This document shows, in pieces, positions 28,517 to 37,148 of a stretch of DNA of 64,000 nucleotides. Origin of the DNA: Microbacteriaceae bacterium (GTDB taxonomy: Bacteria; Actinomycetota; Actinomycetes; Actinomycetales; Microbacteriaceae). Each line of letters begins with the position of its first letter. The stretch's first letter is position 1. Location: positions 68,559-132,558 of the forward strand of contig CBFHOK010000001.1 in the NCBI GenBank assembly GCA_965657575.1. Direction: 5' to 3'. The notes under the pieces are model-generated. The model was not told where the DNA came from, made no database searches, and saw only the letters and a list, made by a program, of their open reading frames with translations. The position numbers were made by a program, and so were the translations under genes.

Positions 28517-30361
28517 GTGCCAAGGAAAAAGACCGAGGCTGAACCAAAAGCTGTTCAGCCACCAGCAGCAACACTGTTGTTTCAAGCCCCAGATTTGCCA
28601 ACCCCTGAGGTTGACAGCAGAAGCGGAAAACTAAAGGGTGAAACCGCCCGACCACCGAAACAGGATGATTCCGAACCGCGCAAGCGCAAAAGAACCAGGA
28701 CCTCGGACAATAAGCCGGCCGAGCAGAAGACAGCAGAGGCAAAGGCGGATGATTCAACTCGCGTCGAGGCAAAACGTCAGCGCAGGCGAGAACCACGGAC
28801 AGAGAACCGTCGCAGAAACACAATCTCCGAGAGTGAGTTTTTGGCAAGGCGTGAGTCTGTAGATAGGAAGATGATTGTTCGCGAGGCGGATGATCGTGTT
28901 CAGATCGGTGTTTTAGAGGATGGAATTCTTGTTGAGCACTACGTTGCTCAGTCTCAATCAGCATCTCTGATTGGAAACATTTATCTGGGTAAGGTTCAGA
29001 ATGTTTTGCCCAGCATGGAGGCAGCCTTTGTTGATATCGGCAAGGGTAGAAACGCAGTTTTGTATTCAGGCGAAGTTGATTGGGATGCAGCTGAGACCGG
29101 CAACCAACCGAGAAAAATCGAGTTGGCTTTGAAAACGGGCGACAAGGTGTTGGTGCAGGTGACTAAGGACCCTGTCGGACAAAAAGGAGCGAGACTAACA
29201 AGTCAAATTTCTCTCCCGGGGCGCTATTTGGTTTATGTGCCAGGTGGGAACATGAATGGCATTTCAAGAAAGTTGCCGGACAAAGAGCGTCAGCGCTTGA
29301 AGGCCATCTTGAAAGAACTGCTTCCAGCTGACGCTGGAGTAATCGTTAGGACTGCTGCAGAGGGTGCAACCGAGGAACAGCTGGCACTTGATGTAAAGAG
29401 ACTCACCGAACAATGGCAGACAATCGGTAAAAAGAGCGAAAAGGGTAAAGCGCCCTCTCTTTTGCACACTGAATCAGATCAGTTGATAAAAATCATTCGA
29501 GACGTCTTCAATGAAGACTTTCAGTCGATGGTTGTTCAGGGCGAAGACACGGAGCGCTCGATTGTTGATTACCTGGACAGCGTTGCGCCAGAGCTCAAGG
29601 AAAGACTGGGTTCACACAAAGACAAGGAAGACATCTTTGATGCATTCAGAATTGGTGATCAAATCCACAAGGCACTTGAGCGCAAGGTATACCTCCCCAG
29701 TGGCGGTTCGCTGGTTATTGACCGAACAGAGGCGATGACGGTTGTTGATGTCAACACCGGAAAATTCATCGGAAGTGGCGGAAACCTGGAGCAGACCGTC
29801 ACAAAGAATAACCTCGAGGCTGCTGAAGAGCTTGTCCGTCAGTTGAGACTCAGAGACATCGGCGGAATCATTGTTGTCGACTTCATTGACATGACCTTGG
29901 AGTCAAATAGGGAACAGGTGCAGCGAAGGTTGATGGAGTGCTTGTCAAGAGACAGAACAAAGCACCAAGTTGCAGAGGTAACCTCTCTTGGTTTAGTGCA
30001 GATGACTCGAAAGAAACTCGGTGTCGGTCTGTTGGAGACCTTCGGTGAAGTGTGTGAGTGTTGCGGTGGTCGAGGTATGACGATCACCGAAGAGCAAAAA
30101 TATAAGGCAGAAACAAAAACGTCTAAGACCAAAACCGAGACAAAGAAAATTGTTGACCCCGAAAAGGCCAAGGAGCTTGGTTCGATGGTGAACAAGATTC
30201 ACGATGCGGCAGCAGGGGAAGAAGCAGAGAAGTCAGGCGATTCCTCGGAAATTTTGGACAAAGTATTGGATTCTCTGCCCGAGCCAGAGCCCACGAAGCC
30301 AAAGAAACCAAGGCGAAGAAGAGTCAGCACAAAACAAGCAACTCCAAACGTTGACCAATAG
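28517..30361 (+). CDS. rne: Ribonuclease E/G family endoribonuclease (short form with a basic, low-complexity N-terminus)
   Basis: S1 domain (IGNIYLGKVQNVLPSMEAAFVDIG) and catalytic region (VVDVNTGKF..., IIVVDFIDM). The start is set at GTG 28517, 5 nt after AGGAG; the track ORF begins at TTG 28466. Confidence 0.85.
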   Translation: MPRKKTEAEPKAVQPPAATLLFQAPDLPTPEVDSRSGKLKGETARPPKQDDSEPRKRKRTRTSDNKPAEQKTAEAKADDSTRVEAKRQRRREPRTENRRRNTISESEFLARRESVDRKMIVREADDRVQIGVLEDGILVEHYVAQSQSASLIGNIYLGKVQNVLPSMEAAFVDIGKGRNAVLYSGEVDWDAAETGNQPRKIELALKTGDKVLVQVTKDPVGQKGARLTSQISLPGRYLVYVPGGNMNGISRKLPDKERQRLKAILKELLPADAGVIVRTAAEGATEEQLALDVKRLTEQWQTIGKKSEKGKAPSLLHTESDQLIKIIRDVFNEDFQSMVVQGEDTERSIVDYLDSVAPELKERLGSHKDKEDIFDAFRIGDQIHKALERKVYLPSGGSLVIDRTEAMTVVDVNTGKFIGSGGNLEQTVTKNNLEAAEELVRQLRLRDIGGIIVVDFIDMTLESNREQVQRRLMECLSRDRTKHQVAEVTSLGLVQMTRKKLGVGLLETFGEVCECCGGRGMTITEEQKYKAETKTSKTKTETKKIVDPEKAKELGSMVNKIHDAAAGEEAEKSGDSSEILDKVLDSLPEPEPTKPKKPRRRRVSTKQATPNVDQ

Positions 30362-30429
30362 ATGATTTTCGGTGTAGAATTCAAGGCTGTTGCTTGCAAC
30401 ATCCCTAAGCAGACAAAAAGAGGTTAAGC

Positions 30430-30735
30430 GTGGTTTACGCAGTAGTTCGCGCCGGTGGGCGCCAGGAAAAAGTAGAGGTCGGGTCACTAGTGACCATGGA
30501 CCGTGTCAAATCTGCCAATGGCAAGGTTGAGCTACCTGCAGTATTGCTCGTAGATGGTGACAAAGTCACCACCGATGCAAAGGCGCTTGCAAAGGTAAAG
30601 GTAACCGCAGAGGTAGTCGAAGACCTGCGAGGACCAAAGATTGTTATTCAGAAATACAAGAACAAAACTGGCTATAAGAAGCGTCAGGGTCACCGTCAGG
30701 ATTTGACCCGCGTGAAAGTCACCGAGATAAAGTAG
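30430..30735 (+). CDS. rplU: 50S ribosomal protein L21
   Basis: (M)[14 protein letters not shown]... Confidence 0.93.
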   Translation: MVYAVVRAGGRQEKVEVGSLVTMDRVKSANGKVELPAVLLVDGDKVTTDAKALAKVKVTAEVVEDLRGPKIVIQKYKNKTGYKKRQGHRQDLTRVKVTEIK

Positions 30736-30741
30736 GCGCAA

Positions 30742-30993
30742 ATGGCACATAAAAAGGGAGCTAGCTCTACCAAGAACGGTCGCGATTCAAACGCACAGCG
30801 TCTTGGTGTTAAAAGATTTGCAGGAGAGGTTGTAAACGCCGGTGAAATCATCGTTCGCCAGCGCGGAACCCACTTCCACCCGGGGTCAAACGTTGGTCGC
30901 GGCAAGGATGACACCCTATTCGCCCTAGCCGGAGGAGCCGTTGAATTCGGTAACAAGGGTGGTCGCAGGGTCGTAAACATCTTGGCTGAATAG
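30742..30993 (+). CDS. rpmA: 50S ribosomal protein L27
   Basis: [26 protein letters not shown]... Confidence 0.95.
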   Translation: MAHKKGASSTKNGRDSNAQRLGVKRFAGEVVNAGEIIVRQRGTHFHPGSNVGRGKDDTLFALAGGAVEFGNKGGRRVVNILAE

Positions 30994-31010
30994 TCGAGAG
31001 TAAGATTTTT

Positions 31011-31042
31011 GGGCGGGCCTATGGGTCCGCCCATTTTTATTT
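31011..31042 (+). terminator. Intrinsic terminator-like hairpin between rpmA and obg
   Basis: GGGCGGGCC-tatg-GGTCCGCCC (9 bp including one G-U) followed by ATTTTTATTT. The obg RBS (GGAGG) and GTG start follow immediately. Confidence 0.6.
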
Positions 31043-31051
31043 GGAGGTGAA

Positions 31052-32551
31052 GTGGTTACTTTTGTTGATGAGGTAAAGCTTCACCTTGCCGCGGGAGATG
31101 GCGGCAACGGGTGTGTTTCTGTAAAGCGTGAGCGATATAAACCACTTGCAGGCCCTGATGGCGGAAACGGTGGGACGGGCGGCTCTATCTGGCTGGTAGC
31201 GGACACCAATACCGGAACACTTATTGATTATCACTACCGGCCTCACCGATCTGCAGGACGAGGAGACGCTGGAGCGGGAGACTTTCGCAACGGCGCAAAG
31301 GGTGAAGATTTGATCCTCGATGTTCCTGTTGGAACTGTTGTCAAAAACCCCCAGGGTGATGTTCTGGCAGATTTGAATCAGCCTGGCATGAAGCTTGAGG
31401 TGGCGCAGGGTGGTATGGGTGGTCTGGGTAACGCCGCACTTGCTAGCAAGCGCAGAAAGGCTCCTGGGTTTGCGTTGCTTGGAATACCTGGTTGGAGCGG
31501 GGAGATTGTTCTTGAGCTGAAGACAGTGGCCGACGTTGCCTTGGTGGGTTATCCCAGTGCAGGTAAATCTTCGTTGATTGCGGCCATGAGCGCAGCTAGG
31601 CCAAAGATAGCCGATTATCCTTTTACAACTCTGCATCCAAATCTCGGGGTTGTTAGAGCTGGCGAAAAAAGCTACACCATCGCGGACGTTCCAGGCTTGA
31701 TTGAGGGCGCCAGTGAAGGCAAGGGGCTGGGACTTCAGTTTCTAAGGCATATCGAAAGATGCAGTGTCATCTTGCACGTGATTGATTGCGCCAATCTTGA
31801 ATCAGATCGCGAGCCACTAAAAGATTACAAAGCGATAGTTCAAGAACTTGAGAACTATGAGGTTGAGAATGGTATGCCACTAAGCCAAAGGCCTCAACTG
31901 ATTGCGCTGAACAAGATTGATCTCGAAGATGGTGAAACCATTGCAAAGATGGTCCGGCCCGAGTTTGAAAAGATGGGGCTAGACGTTTTTGAAGTGTCTG
32001 CAATATCCAAACAGGGGCTCAAAGAGCTAAGTTTCGCCCTGAGTGTGCTCATTGATGAACATTCAGAAACACAGGCCGATGCCAGGGAAATTATTAGTCT
32101 CGTGAAGCAAGAACCCAGTGATGAATTTGAGGTAAAGGCGGAAAATAGTTCCGAGGGAGTTATTTTTAGAATCACTGGCGTAAAACCAGAGCGTTGGGTG
32201 GCACAGACTGATTTCAGCAACGATGAGGCAGTCGGATATCTGGCGGAGAGGCTTGCCAAACTCGGTGTTGAGGAGCGACTTATGAAAACTGGGGCCAAAG
32301 CTGGTTCAACAGTGATTATTGGTTCAGAGAATGGCGTTCTTTTTGAATGGCAGCCGATGATTAGCTCAATTGCAGAGGTGACAACCCCTAGGGGTAGTGA
32401 TTCACGAATAGACGGAAGCGATCGACGAACCACCAAAGAAAGACGTGAGCAGTATCACGAGATGATGGACAGCAGATCGCGCATGAGGGAAAAGATGCAG
32501 GCCGAGAGAGAGGCATCAAAACTCAGCGAGCAGTATTTGGACGAGGAGTAA
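31052..32551 (+). CDS. obg: GTPase Obg
   Basis: FVDEVKLHLAAGDGGNGCVS glycine-rich Obg fold, G1 motif GYPSAGKSS, and a C-terminal extension. Confidence 0.93.
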   Translation: MVTFVDEVKLHLAAGDGGNGCVSVKRERYKPLAGPDGGNGGTGGSIWLVADTNTGTLIDYHYRPHRSAGRGDAGAGDFRNGAKGEDLILDVPVGTVVKNPQGDVLADLNQPGMKLEVAQGGMGGLGNAALASKRRKAPGFALLGIPGWSGEIVLELKTVADVALVGYPSAGKSSLIAAMSAARPKIADYPFTTLHPNLGVVRAGEKSYTIADVPGLIEGASEGKGLGLQFLRHIERCSVILHVIDCANLESDREPLKDYKAIVQELENYEVENGMPLSQRPQLIALNKIDLEDGETIAKMVRPEFEKMGLDVFEVSAISKQGLKELSFALSVLIDEHSETQADAREIISLVKQEPSDEFEVKAENSSEGVIFRITGVKPERWVAQTDFSNDEAVGYLAERLAKLGVEERLMKTGAKAGSTVIIGSENGVLFEWQPMISSIAEVTTPRGSDSRIDGSDRRTTKERREQYHEMMDSRSRMREKMQAEREASKLSEQYLDEE

Positions 32552-32552
32552 G

Positions 32553-33335
32553 TTGCTAAGTAACGCAGGTGAGATCAGTCAAGCAGGACTTGTGGTTGTC
32601 AAAATCGGAAGTTCCTCAATAACGGGCGAAAACGCTCATCAGTTGCAACTTGTTTGTCAGTTAGTTTCTGAGCTGAGGGCGAGGGAAATTTCGGTGGTGG
32701 TCGTCAGCAGTGGTGCGATCGCATCCTCTGGACCAATCCTGGGACTCACTGCCAAGGCAACCGACCTCCCAACTTCCCAAGCGATGGCTGCTGTTGGACA
32801 GCTGAAGTTGATGGCTGATTACCAGAGGGAACTTTCAAAGCACGATTTGATTGCAGGACAAGTGTTATTGACAGTTGAGAACATGGACAACCCGCAAACT
32901 CGCTCGAATTCAATACAAGCTTTTTCTAGATTGATTGAAATGGGTGTTGTTCCGATTGTGAATGAAAACGACACTGTTGCCACTCAAGAGATTCGCTTTG
33001 GTGACAATGATGGCTTGGCGGCAAACGTTTCAACCCTGCTAAACGCGGACTTGTTGATTCTGCTGAGCGACGTTGATGCCATTTACACAGGTCCTCCGGA
33101 CGAAGAGGGCTCGACCCCGATAGCAAGGATAAGTTCAGAGAGAGATTTGGATGATGTAAAGATTTCTGGGACTTCAACCGGCTTTGGAACTGGAGGGGCG
33201 CTGACCAAGGTAAGTGCCGCGCTGAAAGTGTCAGAGGCAGGAATCCCCGTAATGCTGACCTCGGTTGTCAACAGTCAGAAAATAATGACTGAAGATTTCA
33301 CTCACACCTGGTTTGAAGCAAAGAATAAGCTTTAG
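32553..33335 (+). CDS. proB: Glutamate 5-kinase (short form without a PUA domain)
   Basis: VVKIGSSSITGE..., NENDTVATQEIRFGDND. At 260 aa it is too short to include a PUA domain. Confidence 0.88.
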   Translation: MLSNAGEISQAGLVVVKIGSSSITGENAHQLQLVCQLVSELRAREISVVVVSSGAIASSGPILGLTAKATDLPTSQAMAAVGQLKLMADYQRELSKHDLIAGQVLLTVENMDNPQTRSNSIQAFSRLIEMGVVPIVNENDTVATQEIRFGDNDGLAANVSTLLNADLLILLSDVDAIYTGPPDEEGSTPIARISSERDLDDVKISGTSTGFGTGGALTKVSAALKVSEAGIPVMLTSVVNSQKIMTEDFTHTWFEAKNKL

Positions 33336-33337
33336 AC

Positions 33338-34582
33338 ATGACAGTTTCACAAATTCTTGAGGCGACAAAGAGAGCTTCGCCAATACTTGCCCAGGCAAGC
33401 ACTGGTCAGAAGCACTTAGCACTCGTGAGCCTCAGAGACCTCTTGGGTTCGAATGAGCAACGAATACTCGATGCCAACAAAAAAGATTTAGACAGAGGTG
33501 AGCAAGAAGGCCTGGCCAAATCTCTGTTTGATCGCCTTCGACTAACCTCTGAGCGCATTGCCGGATTGCAAACCTCGATAGATGAAATCATTGCTTTCCC
33601 AGACCCGATCGGGGACGTGCTCAGAGGAAGCAAGCTAGAAAACGGTCTCAGAATCGAGCAGATAAGGGTTCCTTTTGGTGTTATCGGGGTCATTTATGAA
33701 GCGAGGCCGAATGTAACAATCGACATCGCTTCACTTGCCATAAAAAGTGGGAACGCTGCAGTTCTGCGAGGCGGCAGTGCTGCCGTTGAAACAAACAGGG
33801 TGCTGATAGACCTGATTCAAGATGCTCTCGAGCACGCAGGACTCTCCAGAGACCTTGTTCAAACAGTTGATGATTTTGGACGCCAGGGTGGAACGGAGAT
33901 GATGCAGGCTAGAGGCTTGATTGATGTTTTGATTCCAAGGGGCAGTGCGAGTTTGATCCAAACTGTGGTTTTGGAATCTAAGGTTCCGGTAATTGAAACC
34001 GGCGATGGGATAGTTCATTTGTTCATTGACAAAGATGCTGATGAACAGAAGGCGATTCAAATTGCTAACAATTCGAAGACTCACCGTGTCAGCGTTTGCA
34101 ATTCACTAGAAACACTTTTGATTCATGAAGCGGTATTGGGCTCAATCGGATTGAAAATAATCGAGAATCTGCACGCAAGTGGCGTAAAGATTAACGCCTG
34201 CGAGAAAACCAGAGCGGTTTTCCCTGCAGCAAATCAAGCGTCGGATGAGAACTGGGCAACTGAATATTTGGCAATGGAGATATCTGTAAAGACAGTTGAG
34301 AGCCTGGAGGAAGCACTTTCCCACATTGCGAAGTATTCAACCCACCACACTGAAAGCATTGTCACAGAGGACTACACCACCGCAGAAAGATTCCTTGCGG
34401 AGGTCGACAGCGCTGCTGTAATGGTGAACGCTTCCACGAGGTTCACTGATGGTGGCCAATTTGGCATGGGTGCTGAGGTGGGTATTTCAACACAAAAACT
34501 TCACGCCAGAGGGCCAATGGGATTGAATGAACTGACAAGCACCAAGTGGCTTGTTCGTGGCGATGGTCAGATTCGCAGCTAA
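33338..34582 (+). CDS. proA: Glutamate-5-semialdehyde dehydrogenase
   Basis: ProA-like throughout, with the catalytic Cys context (VCNSLETLLIH). Confidence 0.93.
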   Translation: MTVSQILEATKRASPILAQASTGQKHLALVSLRDLLGSNEQRILDANKKDLDRGEQEGLAKSLFDRLRLTSERIAGLQTSIDEIIAFPDPIGDVLRGSKLENGLRIEQIRVPFGVIGVIYEARPNVTIDIASLAIKSGNAAVLRGGSAAVETNRVLIDLIQDALEHAGLSRDLVQTVDDFGRQGGTEMMQARGLIDVLIPRGSASLIQTVVLESKVPVIETGDGIVHLFIDKDADEQKAIQIANNSKTHRVSVCNSLETLLIHEAVLGSIGLKIIENLHASGVKINACEKTRAVFPAANQASDENWATEYLAMEISVKTVESLEEALSHIAKYSTHHTESIVTEDYTTAERFLAEVDSAAVMVNASTRFTDGGQFGMGAEVGISTQKLHARGPMGLNELTSTKWLVRGDGQIRS

Positions 34583-34609
34583 ACTTATATAAAAGCCAGG
34601 AGGAACTAA

Positions 34610-34786
34610 ATGCTTGAACTATTAGCAGAGGGTGCTTACGTTGAATATCGCGAGCTGCCAATCCCAACTATCGTTTACGGAATTATTACCCTAGGTATTT
34701 TTACCGCTCTTGGAATTGTCACCATGAGTTTCATGAACGTTTCTAATAAGCACGCTCATGTTGATTCCTCTGAGGCTCACCACTAG
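34610..34786 (+). CDS. Small single-TM membrane protein (58 aa), absent from the ORF track
   Basis: My translation is MLELLAEGAYVEYRELPIPTIVYGIITLGIFTALGIVTMSFMNVSNKHAHVDSSEAHH*. AGGAGG (34598-34603) lies 6 nt upstream of the ATG. The ORF fills the otherwise empty proA-nadD gap. Confidence 0.55.
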   Translation: MLELLAEGAYVEYRELPIPTIVYGIITLGIFTALGIVTMSFMNVSNKHAHVDSSEAHH

Positions 34787-34792
34787 GGGAGA

Positions 34793-35377
34793 ATGTCGAC
34801 TAAACGACGCATAGGGGTCATGGGTGGAACCTTTGACCCCATTCACAACGGTCACCTTGTTGCCGCCAGCGAGGTGGCGAGTGCTATGGAATTAGACGAG
34901 GTGCTGTTTGTGCCCACTGGAAAACCCTGGCAAAAGCAAGAGGTCTCACCTGCAGAGCACAGATATCTAATGAGCGTCGTTGCAACAGCTTCCAATCCTC
35001 AATTCAAAGTCAGTCGGGTAGATGTCGATCGACCAGGGTTTACCTACACCGTGGACACCCTAAATGAACTAAATGAACAGTTTCCAGACGCTGATCTGTT
35101 TTTTATCTCGGGAGCTGACGCCATCGCCCAAATTATTGCTTGGAAAGATATCGATAGCGTCTGGGATCTCGCGCACTTTGTTGCAGTAAGTAGGCCCGGT
35201 CACAAACTAAAGCTACCAAAGGCTCCAAAAGGCGCAATTAGCGAACTCGAGGTGCCTGCTCTGTCGATTAGTTCAACTGATGTTCGTCAGCGAGTGGCTG
35301 ATGGAAAACCCATCTGGTATTTGGTTCCAGACGGGGTTGTTCAGTACATTAGCAAGCACCACCTGTACGGGAGCTAG
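34793..35377 (+). CDS. nadD: Nicotinate-nucleotide adenylyltransferase
   Basis: [14 protein letters not shown] motif. Confidence 0.9.
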   Translation: MSTKRRIGVMGGTFDPIHNGHLVAASEVASAMELDEVLFVPTGKPWQKQEVSPAEHRYLMSVVATASNPQFKVSRVDVDRPGFTYTVDTLNELNEQFPDADLFFISGADAIAQIIAWKDIDSVWDLAHFVAVSRPGHKLKLPKAPKGAISELEVPALSISSTDVRQRVADGKPIWYLVPDGVVQYISKHHLYGS

Positions 35378-36115
35378 ATGGAATACAGAACCAGACGAGA
35401 GCGCAGAGAAGCAGAGAAGGCGGGACTGTCTTCACCTGTCGTGAACTCAGAGGATGATTCAGAGACCACCGTTCGAGTTTCTGAATCAAGTGAGCCCGAG
35501 GTTTCCACAGCGGAGAAAAGTTTTCAAAGCAGGAGAGATCTGCGTGAGAGAAATAGGGAAACTCTAGAAAATCAATCTGAACAAAGCGTTGAGCAATATG
35601 AGAGCACACCCAATACCGAAACTCCCAACACAGATTCGCAACCTGAGACTGATTCGGAAACTATGGAAGAGCGCAGTTTCCAAGGAGAGAGTGACCCCGA
35701 AGACCAGCCACTAACCGCTAAGAGCTACATCTACCAGGAATCAAGCAATACGGTGACTTTAGATTCAATACCTGATTCATTAGGCCCTCAAACTGCCGAC
35801 TTTGTGGTCGCCAACTCCGAATCAATCGAAGTTGTGACTGGCAGCCACCCATCACTGTCGGCTGTCATGGATGATTTGAAATACGATTCTGAAGATCAAA
35901 AAGACACTGTCACCGGCAGAATCTCACTGGTTGATCCGGTGAGTGCGAAACTGGTTGCTGACTCTAGGGAACCAGAGGTCATAGTTCCCGGAAAAATAGT
36001 CGTGAAAAACAGGGCTGTTTCCATTACTTTTGCAGTGCTAGGTGGGGTCATGTTCGTCCTCGCTGGAATCGGCCTATGGTGGGCCTTGAGTGAGATGGGT
36101 CCTTTCAGTTCATGA
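35378..36115 (+). CDS. Hypothetical acidic, low-complexity protein with one C-terminal TM helix (245 aa)
   Basis: Track ORF. The start abuts the nadD stop and the end overlaps the rsfS start (ATGA). It has a basic N-terminus (RTRRERREAEK), a long E/S/T/D-rich region, and a C-terminal helix (VSITFAVLGGVMFVLAGIGLWWAL). Confidence 0.55.
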   Translation: MEYRTRRERREAEKAGLSSPVVNSEDDSETTVRVSESSEPEVSTAEKSFQSRRDLRERNRETLENQSEQSVEQYESTPNTETPNTDSQPETDSETMEERSFQGESDPEDQPLTAKSYIYQESSNTVTLDSIPDSLGPQTADFVVANSESIEVVTGSHPSLSAVMDDLKYDSEDQKDTVTGRISLVDPVSAKLVADSREPEVIVPGKIVVKNRAVSITFAVLGGVMFVLAGIGLWWALSEMGPFSS

Positions 36116-36465
36116 CAGCAACCGCTGAAGCAGTTTCACTAGCTCGCCTGGCAGCCAAAGCTGCAGAAGACAAATTGGCCGAAAACCCAATCGCACTGGA
36201 TGTCAGTGACCCGTTTGGCTTGGCGGAGATTTTCTTGATCGTCAGCGGTAGCAATGAACGCCAAATTGTTGCCATCTCTGAGGAGATAGAAGAGAGACTT
36301 CGTGAGTCGGGTCACAAAGCAAGAGTTTTAGAGGGCAAGCAGTCAGGTCGCTGGGTGTTGATGGACTTTGGAGATCTTGTGGTGCACGTGATGCACGAGC
36401 AAGAACGTGAGTTTTATTCACTGGAGAGACTTTGGAAAGACTGTCCAGTTGTTTCAGTCAGCTGA
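36112..36465 (+). CDS. rsfS: Ribosome silencing factor RsfS
   Basis: VLMDFGDLVVHVMHEQEREFYSLERLW is the typical RsfS C-terminal core. The position after nadD is conserved. Confidence 0.88.
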   Translation: MTATAEAVSLARLAAKAAEDKLAENPIALDVSDPFGLAEIFLIVSGSNERQIVAISEEIEERLRESGHKARVLEGKQSGRWVLMDFGDLVVHVMHEQEREFYSLERLWKDCPVVSVS

Positions 36466-36491
36466 ATTTTGCATTAGACTTTGAAGGCTTT

Positions 36492-36567
36492 GGGCCTGTG
36501 GCGCAGCTGGTAGCGCACCTGCATGGCATGCAGGGGGTCAGGGGTTCGAGTCCCCTCAGGTCCACCA
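36492..36567 (+). tRNA. tRNA-Ala (anticodon GGC), CCA encoded
   Basis: GGGCCTGTGGCGCAGCTGGTAGCGCACCTGCATGGCATGCAGGGGGTCAGGGGTTCGAGTCCCCTCAGGTCCACCA. The G3:U70 identity pair is present and the anticodon loop is ATGGCAT. Confidence 0.92.
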
Positions 36568-36749
36568 ACTTCTTTTTACTTTCCGCCAGCCAGACATCAG
36601 AGCACTTTGCAGTGCAAGCCTCTATATTTCTGAGAATGTAACATCCGGTGCGCCTAGCAATAACGCCTAAGCAGCTATTTGCGCGCTTCACTTTTGCCTA
36701 CACACAAAGCCTGAGCTACTTGCTTCTGCTTTTTGTTAGATTATCTACT

Positions 36750-37127
36750 ATGAACCAGCCACAATTTTTTGAAATACAGTCGGACAGTCCAAGCAAATTG
36801 ATTGATTTTTACAAGAGTGTTTTTGGTTGGAGATTTACAAAACAAGAGGGTCTGCCGGTTGAGATGTGGCGAATAGAAACAGAGGGAATTGACGGAGCGC
36901 TCCTAAAGCGACCGGTTAAGACACCACCTACTTCGCACGGTACAAACGCTTTTCTTGTTTCAATGCAAGTGGATAGCTTTGATGACATAGCGACGACAAT
37001 AAAAGATTTGGGTGGAACAATCGCAATGGAAAAGTTTGCGGTGCCTGGTAGATGCTGGCAAGGCTATTTTTGGGACCCTGACGATAATGCGTTTGGTGTG
37101 TTTGAAGTTGACGAATCTGCGAAGTAA
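36750..37127 (+). CDS. VOC (glyoxalase/bleomycin-resistance/dioxygenase) family protein
   Basis: About 125 aa with VOC-like beta-alpha-beta-beta-beta repeats (FYKSVFGWRF..., GYFWDPDDNAFGVFE). The start is set at ATG 36750; the longer track ORF has an implausible N-terminus. Confidence 0.7.
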   Translation: MNQPQFFEIQSDSPSKLIDFYKSVFGWRFTKQEGLPVEMWRIETEGIDGALLKRPVKTPPTSHGTNAFLVSMQVDSFDDIATTIKDLGGTIAMEKFAVPGRCWQGYFWDPDDNAFGVFEVDESAK

Positions 37128-37148
37128 CTGCGGTTTTTCTGAAAAATA

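Noticed and set aside
28371-28964. 197-aa ORF antisense to the 5' part of rne
   Set aside because: It lies opposite the basic, low-complexity N-terminus and S1 domain of a clearly real RNase E gene. Its own translation is low-complexity (rich in P, R, L and C) with no RBS, so it is a shadow ORF.
31037-32436. 199-aa and 180-aa ORFs antisense to obg
   Set aside because: Both lie fully inside the well-supported obg gene on the opposite strand. Their Ser/Arg/Cys-rich composition is typical of antisense frames.
36568-36749. Possible integration site (attachment-site scar) downstream of tRNA-Ala, delimiting a genomic island
   Set aside because: By eye I found no direct repeat of the tRNA 3' end further downstream. 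I also saw no integrase, recombinase or other mobility gene, and no obvious compositional break. I kept only the weaker statement that accessory-looking genes follow the tRNA.
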